A model generated the notes under the pieces. That model was not told the DNA's origin and made no database searches. It saw nothing but the letters and a program-made list of their open reading frames with translations. Below, in pieces: positions 39,287-53,100 of a DNA stretch of 64,000 nucleotides (its first letter is position 1; each line of letters begins with the position of its first letter). The position numbers and the translations under genes are program-made. The DNA is from Octopus sinensis. Lineage: Eukaryota. The stretch spans positions 104,594,001 through 104,658,000 of the forward strand of contig NC_042999.1 of assembly GCF_006345805.1 (NCBI RefSeq), in the 5' to 3' direction.

Positions 39287-40081
39287 GGGCTCTTACAGTC
39301 GGCTTTCGATGCCCCCATTGGCGGCGTTACACTTATCTGGCTTTTAAATAGCGTTTATAAATAATACCGGCACCCATAGCCCTTGGTAACAAATTCTGAA
39401 ATAGCCTTTAGATATCTACGATTATCCACTGCAAGGGGAATTACTCCTGTAAGACAAACGGGGCTTGGTTTTTTCACAGCGGGGGGTTTCCTTGACAAGG
39501 CAGGCTCAGATGAACACACACACACACATAAAACATAATATATATATATATTTTTTTTCTTTCTGCCACCCAACGGTTATCACGGCAGTAGCCACTGACA
39601 GCCGAACGATCAAACGCACACACGTACACAAAAAGTGTTTTCTACCCTACGCCAACACACACATATATAGAACAGTATACCACACACACGGCTCTAAGTA
39701 GATTTTTTCTCGCCCCTTATAAAACATCAAATATTCCTTAAATAGTCAGAACTTTATTCTCGGTCACTAAGAACATCTATACACCCTCACCCACATGATT
39801 GACCGATGCCTGACCTGTAGAATTCTTCAGCCACCGGTTCTCAGCAAACACTGATAAACAGTTTCGCCATGGGCTCTTAGGAGCATAGTTCGATTGTGTT
39901 TTGCTCCGCCTCTGTTCTGTTTTGTTTCTCTAACGGATTTCCTTTTTTCTTCCTGAAGAAAAACACAATATGGTCCCATTATTCAATCGGATTTTGGTAA
40001 TTTGTGCCTTTCGAAACACGTGTAGAATGAACTAAAACGATTTCTGTTCAATCTGCGTTCAGCTCCATTTCCTCAATTCAC

Positions 40082-40163
<82 letters not shown>

Positions 40164-40174
40164 GACATATATAT

Positions 40175-40454
40175 ATTTATATGAGAGTATGATAGAAGAA
40201 GGCTAACTCTTCCTTCCGAAGAAAAAAAAAATTCAAATTGGATCATGTTAACACCAAAAATTATTTACATCAAAAAGGTGCCTTTTTTTCTACGAAAATC
40301 CCCATTTTTTACGATGTTTTGACTGCTGTGTCGCCATTTTTCGGTGTATTTCACTTAAAGAGAATAACAAGCTACATACTGCCAAATGTTTACTTTTAAA
40401 AAGTTCTAATTCTAAAGGGTCTAAACAAACCGCAACGCCGGGCGATACTGCTAG
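40175..40454 (+). mobile_element. Non-autonomous Helitron-like 3' portion
   Basis: Ends GCAACGCCGGGCGATACTG-CTAG^T: a GC-rich subterminal motif, then CTAG at 40451-40454, then T. Confidence 0.65.
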
Positions 40455-40683
40455 TATATATATATATATAATTGTAAATTTTCTTTAGAAAAGCATAGGA
40501 AGCATGCAAGTGCTCGATTCAAACTCGAGACGCTAGATAAGTGCAAGAGATACTGTGAAGATTATGTTTGGTGTATACATATAGATTTAATATGAAGGAA
40601 TTTTCTAAAACATATATTAATACATTCAGAATATAAAGATAAAGAAATATAGAAATATACATGAATGTTAAAAATATGCAAAG

Positions 40684-40714
<31 letters not shown>

Positions 40715-41379
40715 GATACATTAATATAATAAATATAGATAAGAATAATGAAAGACATTTCTTTTAAAAATTCAAAATTAATTATAGAATGGAGGGAGTA
40801 ATAGATGCTTAAAAGGAGTTTTTGGTACCATATCTAAAGGAAATTATGTACTCCGACGATCGTTTCTAGAATTCATTCAAAGAGTACAAGTCATTCTTAC
40901 GATTTCCTTTCAAGAAATGCCCCCATCATCAGGGAAAAAGAGAAGAATAGTGTTTGTGCCAGAAATGTATTAAATGGTTTTGCAAGTATTAATTAATTTT
41001 TGTTTCATATAAGAATCATACGAGTTATGGAAATTATTAAGAGGGCTGATGGGAGTTTTTATTTTTTTTTTATTTTTTAAAAATTACTACTAACTGGCAA
41101 TATATTGCTGTACTATAGAAAATGCTACTATGCGGGTTCGAATTTAAATTTACTCTTGAACGTTAAATAATATATATGGTTACACAAATGAATTTAGCTT
41201 CAGAAAATTTATTTAAAACAGTGGAACCAAATATACGAAGGATTATATACGATTCTTTTATACACATTCGACATCAGCCGGCAATGGTATCATATGGTAG
41301 GGTCTCATCTATGATCGACCAAGACAATGTATAATTGATGTTTTGTAATTTTAAATTTTGTATATAGCTTGCTAACGCC

Positions 41380-41725
<346 letters not shown>

Positions 41726-41799
41726 TATATGTATATATATATATATATGTATATATATATGTATATATATATATGTATATATATATGTGTGTGTGTGTG

Positions 41800-42178
41800 T
41801 TTTAAAGTTTGAATCGTTTCAGTCACTTGACTGCGGTCGTGCTAGAGAACCGCCTTAAATGGTTTTAGTGGAACAAATCGATTCCAGGACTTCATTTTTT
41901 AAAGCCTAGTTCTTATTCTATCGGGTTGTTTTGCTGAACTGCTAGGCTACGGGGATGTAAACACACCGACACCGGTTGTCAAGCGGTATGGGAGGACAAA
42001 CACAATAACAAAGACACACACATATATGACGGGCTTCTTTCAGTTTCCGTCTACCAAATCCACTCACAAGAATTTTTGTCGGCCTGAGGCTATAGTAGAA
42101 GACATTTCCCCAAGGTGTCACGCAGTGGGGCTGAACCCGGAATCATCTAGTTAGGAAGCAAACTTGTTATTCCACACC
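41800..42178 (-). mobile_element. tRNA-derived SINE with CORE-like domain
   Basis: Minus strand: CCGGGTTCAGCCCCACTGCGTGACACCTTGGGGAAATGTCTTCTACTATAGCCTCAGGCC...GGATTTGGTAGACGGAAACTGAAAGAAGCCCGTC. Confidence 0.85.
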
Positions 42179-42180
42179 AA

Positions 42181-42267
<87 letters not shown>

Positions 42268-43179
42268 GATATTGACAATTCCCCGAGAAATTTTGATAAA
42301 AATTTTATACGTTAGCAAAGATGTTTTACTCACATTTTACATCTATAAAAAAAATAGCGATCAAGTTATGAATCTGAAAATGTTAGTCTGTCTACTGTAC
42401 TATATGCGATGATCAAATGATAGTCTCTAAGTCAAATATAAAACGAGCTAAGGAGGAGGAAAAGAACTAAAATTTATTGGACAATAATTTCTCTTATATA
42501 ATTATTGAAAACAATTGGATCATTGAGATGTCCTCTCTCTCTGAGTAAAAAGAAAATAAAGCAAATATGAGGTATACAATACACAGTTTTGCCATTTAAT
42601 TCTAGATATGAAGAAGCAAGAGATTTTGAACAAGTTTCTGGATGAAGTCTCTTTTCAATTGTCTCAAAACACATTTACTGCAGCACAGTATTCAAAAAGA
42701 GAAAATTATGTAAAAGAGAAAATACACGAAACGAAATTAATCGATAATTTCTGCCACCAACAAGACGTATCAAAACGTGGCTGTGTTCCAGTTTAGACAC
42801 GTAGACTAAGTATGTCTAGACGATTAACTCGAAATGTTGATGCGATTTTGTACTCCACGTTTTAAATAATTGCAGTTCTTGTAACTAAAGAACATTTTAT
42901 TGAATTTTCAGAGCAAATTAATGGATACAATTTATTTATAGTGGCTATTTTAATCGGATTTTATAACGAATTTGAATATTGGAATGAGATATACTATAGG
43001 CACGCACAAATATAAAACGTACACATATATGTGTTCACGGAATAAGAAACCGTGTGTTTTGTAAGATTGGTTCTTATTTTTCTTATTTTATCCTTATATT
43101 TCAAAAATTGGATTCTTCTACATTGGAAACCGGAGCAGGATTTCCCCTCTTTCTTTCTCTGCTTCCAAACTCCTCCTCC

Positions 43180-43215
43180 TGCTGCTGCTGCTGCTACTAC
43201 TACTACTAACTACTA

Positions 43216-43302
<87 letters not shown>
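43180..43302. repeat. Compound (CTG)n(CTA)n(CTG)n(CTA)n microsatellite
   Basis: Direct observation; explains ORFs 43052..43438 and 43118..43336. Confidence 0.95.
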
Positions 43303-43303
<1 letters not shown>

Positions 43304-43506
43304 AAGACAGACAGGCAGAAACAAGGAAAATGCCACTTGTATTTGAACATTCTACAAATATTCTTTTATAAAACTTTTCTTTTAATTTTTCTAAATTTCA
43401 TTGTTTTTCCATACTTACAGTTGAAAAAGTCTCAATGACTTAAACCAGTACTGAAATGTTTTTATAAAATTATTTTAGCATTTTCTATCTTGACTTTATA
43501 TATATC

Positions 43507-43545
<39 letters not shown>

Positions 43546-44090
43546 ATACACGAATGAGTGGGCAAATGAAAGAAAAAAGCACTCAACGCATTTCGTATGA
43601 GTTACATATATCATTATTTGAAACAGTCTGATTCAGATATATGTCACTTAAAATCATGCAGGCTTCTTACTGATACCTAGCTCGCTCAGGCTCAGATTAC
43701 CGAATGGAGGATATAAGAAGTCGAAGATGGCTATTGGCAAATGACCTGCTATTGATCCAAGCGGGTCACATGATGTTGCTAGAAGTGAGATCGGCATTTC
43801 AGCAACAGCAAATGCATTAAAAAGAATAATTTCTTGAAATGCGAGCTGAACAGGAAGCTGGTGGCTCTTTAGTGTCTAGTGGGCCTTTGAAAAAGACAAG
43901 AGAGCCGATAGAGGCAAGATCGGCGAGAGAGAGAGAGAGAGAGAGAGAGAGTGTGTGTGCGTGTGCGAGAAAAAGAGGGAGAGTATGTGTGTGTGTGTGC
44001 GCGCGTGTACGAATACGTGTGCGTTAGTGCCTGCTTTCTAGGCGTGATCCTAGACCTGAAGTCACATGGGAGCGAATCAAATTGTTTCAA

Positions 44091-44140
<50 letters not shown>

Positions 44141-44145
44141 TGATG

Positions 44146-44192
<47 letters not shown>

Positions 44193-44212
44193 TATAATAA
44201 TTATAATAATAA

Positions 44213-44407
44213 CTTGGTTTTCCACTCAGAGAGTGGAAGACCAAATTGTACTCAAATAATGTATTCGTAGAAGTTAATATTAAAATAGGCATCTTCCAAG
44301 GTGACTCGTTTTCTCCGTTATTATTTGTTATTTCACGAATGGGTTATTTGGGTTTTGTATATGTGTACCCCAGGGTCACTTTGAAGGTATGCGCTAGTCT
44401 CTCACTC
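44213..44407 (+). mobile_element. Chimera: internal Dong RT fragment fused to the 3' tip of the 560-bp repeat (copy 4)
   Basis: 44213-44337 matches about 19130-19250 (EVNIKIGIFQGDSFSPLLFVI). 44339-44407 matches the last ~70 bp of 20781-21338. (AAT)n lies on both sides. Confidence 0.85.
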
Positions 44408-44442
<35 letters not shown>

Positions 44443-44486
44443 TATCAACAACAACAACAACAATAATAATACTAAACGTAATAATA

Positions 44487-44880
44487 GTAATAATGATTTC
44501 ATTTATTTGCCACAGAGACGATGGATGATGAGACAATACAAAGACAGACATTAGTGTGTGGGTTTACATATAATGAAATGATAAAAAAATGAAAGCAAGT
44601 ATACGCAGTAAACAGTGGAATGGAAGGGGCATATCCTTAGCATACGAAAGTCTAATAGAAAAAGTGGTGGGGAGGATGATAGAGATGTGGCTCTCCTGAT
44701 ACAGGAAGACCTCTAGGGATAATTGAGGAACCCCATTGTCCGAAATTTCCCTGAAACCCCAGGAGTAAGTGCACTCTCCAATTCATTCTGTCCGACTCAC
44801 AGGTCTACACATAGAGAGGTGCCATCCACTCTTGCCATTTTCGCAACTTTGACTCACCTTTCAATAAACTCACTCGAAGC
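44487..44880 (-). mobile_element. L1/Tx1-type LINE 3' end and 3' UTR
   Basis: Minus frame ..SEFIERxVKVAKMARVDGTSLCVDL* resembles the C-terminus at about 51450-51540 (FVEK*MRVANIVSVNGPEL), followed by a pyrimidine-rich UTR. Confidence 0.65.
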
Positions 44881-44902
44881 GATAATAATAATAAGAAGAA
44901 TA

Positions 44903-44938
<36 letters not shown>

Positions 44939-44961
44939 TAATAATAATAATAATAGTAATA

Positions 44962-46380
44962 AAGTTCGTGCAGTCCTGAAATCTGAACTAAATGCACGTA
45001 ACAAGGTGTTAGCTATAAATTCCTTAGCAGTTCCAGTTGTTAATTATAGCTACAATGTGTTGAACTGGAATATGAGTGAAGTAAAGAAAATAGACAGGAA
45101 AATACGCAAGCTGCTGAGTTGTAATAGGATGCACCACCCAAAGGCAGACGTAGATCGCCTTTACCTCCCCAGAGCCCAAGGAGGTCGAGGCCTGATCCAA
45201 TTTGAACTAGCTTACAAAACAACCACAATTGGACTGGCCAAATATCTTGAAATAACGAATGACTGGATTCTAAAGCTCGTGGAAAATCACGAGAGACGAA
45301 AGAAGCTTCATTCTATCATAAAGGAAAGCAAAAAATTTGCTATTGATCTCGTGCAGGATACCAAAACTGAACAACCCGAGGGAAGTACGGCAACTATTGT
45401 TGCAAAGAAGGTGAAAATAATGGCAACGAAAAAAGCGCACGAGCAATTGGCTGATAGGTGGGAGGAGAAACCTCTGCACGGCAAATATGTGGCCTGTAGC
45501 AAACAAGCTGATGTTGACCAGAAGCAAACCCATCAGTGGCTACGGAACTCAGGGCTAAAAGCAGAGAGCGAAGGTTTCATCCTGGCTGCTCAAGATCAAA
45601 GCCTATTAACCCGGAACTACCAGGCCAATGTGATGAAAAATGGAGCAGACCCAAAATGCCGATTCTGCAACGACATGATTGAAACAGTGGACCACCTAAT
45701 CTCTGGATGTAAAGGCTTAGTCCCAGTGGAGTATAAATTAAGACATGACAGAGTTGGCCAATATCTACACTGGCTAATAAGTCGGCATTACAATATCAAA
45801 ACTGCCGACAAGTGGTATAATCACCACCCTGAGGCTGTAACTGAAGGAGAAAATGAAACATACAGACCGAACCATCAAAGCCAATAAACCGGATATTGTT
45901 GTGAAAGACCAAAACAATAAAATTTGCTTATTGATCGATATGAGCATCCTCTGTGATCGTAATATCGCGGCGAAAGAATTTGACAAGCTCAGAAAATATA
46001 AAGACTTGCTCATTGAAATTGAGAAAATGTGGCATCTCAAGGCGGTTACAATACCAGTGATCGTAGGAGCACTAGGAATGATCAAGAAGGGAACCGAAAA
46101 TTATATGAGAATGATTCCTGGCTTACCATCCCTGCAAGAAGTGCAAAAGATTGTCTTAACTGGTACATCACATGTATTGAGAAGAGCATTGTCGATGTGA
46201 GAACTATTACTACCCATGTATTTTAATTTAACTTTATTTCTATCAAAAGAAAAAAAATGAACGAACTAGTGAGTTTAGTTTAATGGCCTACCAATGTATA
46301 CAATGAGTTTCTTTGCCCTAGGAGTCGGGAAGACACTCGGCAAGAAATGGATGCAAATTTGAAAGAAAAAGAAAAACCCA
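44962..46380 (+). mobile_element. Young Dong/R4 copy, 5'-truncated (RT C-terminus, zinc knuckle, REL, 3' UTR) with one ~23-bp deletion frameshift
   Basis: ORFs 45006..45887 and 45853..46200: HHPKADVDRLYLPRAQGGRGL, KPLHGKY, CRFCNDMIETVDHLISGC, RHDRVG, ANKPDIVV. The segment encoding ILWDFPV in 21425-22212 is missing. Flanked by (AAT)n. Confidence 0.96.
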
Positions 46381-46382
46381 TA

Positions 46383-46418
<36 letters not shown>

Positions 46419-46487
46419 CCTTTTCCCCATAGACATCACAGATACGAGTGTTTTCAAATGTAAGGGTATCTCACCTGTTAGTATCCT

Positions 46488-46521
<34 letters not shown>

Positions 46522-48111
46522 GTGGTAGAAAATATGGAAGAATATGGGAATTGAATGTATTTATTTAATCACTTGAAATTGCAATATATATGTATATATA
46601 TATAAAACAATGTAACATATGTCACCTCTCCAGTTTTGCATACATTGCTTTGGTTGCATGTGTAGTAAATTAAACAGCGTAAACAATCGTCCCTGAAACA
46701 TAATGTAGAAAACACCAACACATACATTTGTGAACTTAAGCAGTAGAATTACAGGCGAAGTGAAAACATGGTAATGTTCTCTTAAGTAAACAGAAATTAT
46801 TTATTATATATTGTTAAGTTTGCTATACACACACACACACACATATATATACACATACACAAACACGCACACACGCATACACAGATATCTATATGTCTAT
46901 ATATATATATATGTTTATAGTAATTTTGCGCATAGTAATTTCTGTTACTAGTTGCGTGGGTAACCGAAAATAAAGGGTACATTTTCTCTGATGAGTACCA
47001 TTGAATTACGAAACAGTTCTACTTGAGAATTCCCAGTTGTTTTCACACGCCACTCATAAGCACATTAATCCGTATGTAAATATGTACATGTGTATGTGCG
47101 TAAACACATTCTGTTCTACATTCTGGATATTTAAATCTAAATCGCACAATATATATACACATACATACATGCACTCATATAAGTGTATGTCTGTGTTCAA
47201 ATTATAATGTATGTATCATTCCATCTGTATTTACGTGCAAACCTTATGAGCGATCATATTCATTAAAACTAAATTGGACTTGTAAGATATGAAATCATGT
47301 AATCATGCTATTAATTAATTGTTTATATTATTAATTAGTTCATTTTAAAAATTGATTGTGTTAACGAACTGTTTCTAACAGCCAATTTAACACAATATAT
47401 AACACTTGGTTGATTTCTCCTATGTTAAAGCTTTACTCCATTTTCTCTCACTGTTTTTATGCTTGACTTCTATCCTCTTTGTGTTTCACCGTTTTTATGT
47501 AATGGCATTTTGTTTTCTTGGACATATAAATAAGTATATGTGTAATTATAAGTAGATGTATATCCATAGATTTTTTTTGTAGTTTCGCATATGTTTTTAT
47601 ATATTTATGCTTATTTTTTGTACGATCATTGTGTTTTGAAAAGCAAAACCGAGTTTGTATGAAGTAACAATATGTTATTGATTGTTTGTATCAATTACCA
47701 TCTCCATAGCGATCTGTTCAACGGAACATGGAGAACAAGGCTAAATAATCTCATAACAGATCTTTTTTCCCAACTACCACCCACCATTTCATCGAATAAC
47801 TCTAGTCAAATTTCAAGCATTCTTCCATTATTCTCTCCCTTTATGTTTATGCTTATTGCTTCAACCTGCTGCCTAGAAATTGCAACTATGCAGAAGGGAA
47901 AGTTCTCCATGTTAAACACTATTGTGAGAAATCAGAATCAGCGATACTTCGAAGTAATCAGACTCCATAGATAATAAAATATTTTTCAATCTACAAGTAC
48001 TGAGTCCACTATTAAGGGCACGTTCAATGTACTCAAGTGCAGAAACCTATAGAAGTAGCAATTATATATGTGTGTATCTGTTTGTATATGGGTGCTCGTG
48101 AATGTATATAT

Positions 48112-48171
<60 letters not shown>

Positions 48172-48944
48172 AGAATTCACAAAAAAACAAAAAACGAAAA
48201 TATATACGAAAGGGCAGACGAGTATGACATTGAGACGGAGAAAAACTCTACATAAAGAGCAGATCCGATTACCGCAATACAGATAGATTCTTTTAAGTGA
48301 AAACATAGAGAGATGTGCAGGTAACATCAAACCAAATTTATTCATCGAAAAATATAGAGCACGTCTAAATATGTGCGCATAACCAGCTTTGACCTCTATA
48401 ATATTTTATTCACGATTACATACCCACTGTTCATATTTCTTCCCACTACTCTTTTGAATTTTTGTGTATATATATAATTTTACCCCCACCGAAAGATTAA
48501 CTATTATCTCTCCTGTCCACAGTAATAACGATCACCAATTACCCACCTTAGATTTTCCCACTTTTTGAATCATTCATTCGTAAACTCCACACACAACATG
48601 GGCAGAAAACTTTTTGTTGAGAAAATGCGTAATTAAAATAATTTTAATGTCATGATTAGCGAAAGCAAAACCGGTTGACAAGCACAATATAAAATATATT
48701 AAAAAATATAGTAAAACTATGTAAAATATGTGCATTTTCCTTCTTATATATTACAACTCACCACGTGGGGATAATCGAAATTCTTCACTTTCTATTATAT
48801 ACACATATATATATGCGTGTGTTGGTGTTTATGTGTGTGGGTATTTATTGATCATAGTAATGTGGTTTTGTTTAGTTAATGGATTTTTCAAGAATCATAA
48901 AATAGCTTCAAGTAGGAATCGAAACTGAAAGTTTATGCACATTT

Positions 48945-49060
48945 ACTTACAGCTCTTTAGTTTGTGTTTAAATTCCGCCAAGGTCAACTTTTACTTTCAC
49001 TCTTTGGGGGTTGATAAAATAGCATGTAAATCAAGTACTGGGGTTGATTTTATTCTGCTG
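48945..49060 (+). mobile_element. Degenerate SINE (core fragment)
   Basis: TTTAAATTCCGCCAAGGTCAACTTTTACTTTCACTCTTTGGGGTTGATAAAATAG...TACTGGGGTTGAT. Confidence 0.7.
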
Positions 49061-50371
49061 TAAAGTAACTGGGAAATGAACACAATTATAATAGAAAACT
49101 GAGTCTAAACATAAATACCTATTTCTATGGATACATACACTCGATTAAATTCACCCAATGTATTAATGAAGCTGACTTTATTGCCAATGAATATATGCTA
49201 TTTAATATGGAAGAAGTGCAGTGGTATTATGATTAAAACTAAATAAACAGAGAACGATACTAAGTTATTTAATGAATTTGGTTAGGATTTTTGAACACGG
49301 TTTTCTTCTTAGCAGTAAATATGACAACAAGTCATATACAAACATCAATCTCACAAATAAAATACAAATACAAATATGAGAGGCTGTATGCGTGCATATA
49401 TATTTATCAGTCTATGCATCTCTCTTAATCTATGTATAAATCAATCGATAAAATTCTATATGTATGTAAGCACACACCTTACTGCAGGTGTGTATATGTT
49501 TATATAAATATGTGTTTGAGTATACAATATACGTGCTCGTGCGTATTTATGTGCGTGTATGTGACAATGCTAGTATGTTAGTATGTGTACTTATTATCAC
49601 TGAAATTATGACATTACAAAAATAGAAGAGCTTTGAGACTGATTTTAAAAAGATTATTTTAACAAAATATTTTCATGCCGCGGATACTGCAGATAGACTC
49701 ACCCAAGAGACTTTAATACGACTTTGATACTAACAAAGTTTGCAAAAGTTTTCATTTATACTATCTTAAAATAACCACAACACAACAACAACAACAACAC
49801 CAGTAGAGAAGAAAAATGAATGGACAGTCTTAAGCCTTCAATCTAGAAGGTAGCAAATCAAATAGTGATTTCTAAGTCTTCTCCCCACAGGATAATGGTA
49901 ATTATTTCAAAGTAATCAGTGACAAAATCATTAAACGAATTACAACAACGAAATGTAACGGAATCATGAAAACTTTCTTTTAGATATGGTATCCAATGGC
50001 AGTTACGAGATTAGATTTAAGATCATTTGACGAAGTGAAGGAAAACCAAGAGAAGAAGTAAAGTCGCATATAAAGATTTTCACACAATACTACTGCAGTA
50101 ATCTTTTGCGCTGCTTATAAACTTTGATATTATATTCAATTTTATTGACATTGCAGAGGTACACACGGTCTAAATCTTTCACTTATAATCCATAGTACTG
50201 TATGATGATGCGTATGTATGCAAGTAAAGAGAAATCTTATTTAAAGTTAACGAATTATATATAACATGATATATAAATATATATCAAGATAATATAATGT
50301 AATATAATAATGATATATATACACTCTACGTATATGTATAGAAATATATCCGTATGCATAAATTTAGTATA

Positions 50372-50618
<247 letters not shown>

Positions 50619-51329
50619 AATATAAACACATACACACACATATATAGTATGTGTGCTAATATTTATGCATATTCAGATAAACTACTGCTCTGATGTAGCT
50701 GGTGAGATGGAATTTGAACAAGGAGATCCAGAACAAGAACAAGAACAACGTAAAGCATTTTTATGGACAACTGTGCTGACTCTGCGAATCTTATGCCATC
50801 ACTGTATAACGCAGGACACACATGTATTTTATAATCTTATTACCAGTGATTTAGGAGTTTCGCAGAGCATGGCTTATTCTGTTACATCTTGGTTAAACCA
50901 TACATCCATTAAAACTTTAAAGTTACTGTTAATAATTTTTTAAATTTAAATCAGACACTGCATTTTACTGAGTCCTTCATTCGGCTAAAAGTCACGTTTA
51001 CGGAAAAAAGGAAACCTGATGAAAAATAAAGAAAAAATTAAATGTTAAAAAAACAACTTTTTGGGTTTGTTTCAATGTATGACTGTCATCTCTGTTGGCA
51101 AGTTCTTTGCTTGTTAAATAATCCAAATTTTAAAAAGATCTGCTAAACTCCAAATCTTCAGATCTCGAAAGAACGCTCCTTGGTACATAATAACAAAGAT
51201 AGTAATGATGATAGTAATACAAGTTTACGTTCTTTATTAACCAGAAGGGTTTACAAAGAGATCAAGTATAGTATAGGATGATAGAATATGGGGTTACATA
51301 AAATATGTGTAAGAAAGGGAAATGACAAA

Positions 51330-53100
51330 AACAAACAAGAAATGCCAAAGAAAAAATCTTACAAATTATAGACACTTCCAAAAGCTACACCTGAAAATCT
51401 CACAAATTCTATGATCACCTTGACCACGAAGGCAATGTTCTTTCATAGTCGTCTTCCTCGCATTTGCAGGCGAATTTCCAGTTCAGGCCCGTTCACGGAG
51501 ACTATGTTAGCCACTCTCATTCACTTTTCAACGAATTGAACAAGAGGAAATACTTCTCTTTCCACCCATATTTCCTTTTTTGAAATGAAACATAATACTT
51601 TTGCCAGATCCACCAGACAGATGAAGAGTGCCTGCTGTTTTCGGTTAAAGGAACGCGGTGATACTATCTTCACAATTCATCCTTCGCGTGATAGCGGCTG
51701 TTCGACTTAACTCAACAAGCTATCAAAGCTCGGACATTGGAGAGTGCATACAGAACAGTTTTGCCGCTCTATGAACAGGCTCGGCTGATAGCACTCCACT
51801 CTACATAGAGTTTATGCCTCCTGGTAACACTGTCACTCTAGTGATTTCTGGATATTATCTATAGATCTGAAAGTTCTTCGGATTAGACCTCGCAGTTAAT
51901 CTTCCGTGAAAACGACATCGCATTTTGTTACCACTAATCTCCAATAAACCGTCAACGTAGAACTGCTACCAGCCATATTATTTGATTGATGGAAAGCTGT
52001 GAACCCTTCTTGACGCTAATTGTCAAGTTTTCTGCTTCGACCTTTGTATCAGGATCACAGGTTTATTAAAGAGACGAGTTGGAAAAATGTATCTAACAAA
52101 CTGCAACTGCACCTGTTTAACGTCAAAGATTCGCGTGAGATATCACAGTTGCAACGCAGTGGCATGCTTAGACCTCCACAAAGCTTGTTTTGACAGCAAA
52201 TGGAACTCCTAATCAGTGGAAAGTGTTCCTTTCACATAAACTGGAAGAGTAAACGCTCCGTCCCGATCAGACGTGATCTAAGGCAAGGCTGGATGGTCAA
52301 GATCTTTAAGGGATAGCTTCCTGATCTCATTTCGAAGTGAAATTGGTCCCTTTGTTGGTCACGTCGTCCCAGCTCTTCTGTGGGACGAAACCAGACCCCG
52401 ACTAATGTAACCGGACCGTTGGTTAGCGTCCTACGACGCTGTTGCACCGTATCGATCTGCCATTCCAGGAGCCGGGCTGAAAGTCCGACGACTTTTATTG
52501 GTTGATTTTTGACTCGTATCATGCTTCGTAGTCCTTTAGAGCGGTACCAATCACCTCGATATGCTTGGTGTCCAACACTATAACAATCACTTAGTTCGCA
52601 TATCCTGCTACAAATTTCACATGCTTGTTTGCACGTGATGACCCTTGGTGTCTCTAGTTTTCTCAGGTGCAGAAAATATGAGTGCGGACAATATAGACAA
52701 CTTAAGTTCATGGCAATAAATGGTTCCGGTTCGTGGCTATTAATTCTAGCCGCAAAGCAGATGCCGATGTATATTGCAGTAAATTATCACTTGAAGGTGG
52801 AACCGAAACCAACTGCTGTGAAGTCAGAAGCCGTGTATTGACAGCTGATCCTATCAAAAGCTTATGCATTGCATAAATTAGGAGTTGGATAGATCTGTTG
52901 GGGATGATATATAAGAACATCTCGCCAAGCAGACGACTGACGGTAAACGCCACACTTCGCTAGTACCTTAACAAAAATCTTAAAATCTGTTTATTTGTTA
53001 TGAGCCCCAAATAGTCAATGTGGTCACCCTTGTTCAATTCCTTTCCCTGCAGCGTCACTGCTCCTCGACTCAGAAAGGTTTACGTATGGCACGATGCAGA
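51330..53100 (-). mobile_element. Old L1/Tx1-type LINE ORF2 remnant (RT to C-terminal cysteine region)
   Basis: Minus frames: TDFKIFVKVLAK, IPNRSIQL, AFDR, AYRGD (YADD-like), TNGPVTLVGVWF, and QQALFICLVDLAK..WVER. Many stops and frameshifts. Confidence 0.8.

Noticed and set aside
50653-50943. 96-aa ORF with EQEQEQ
   Set aside because: Starts at a non-ATG codon, the EQ run comes from a short AAGAAC repeat, no motif was recognised, and splice signals are ambiguous.
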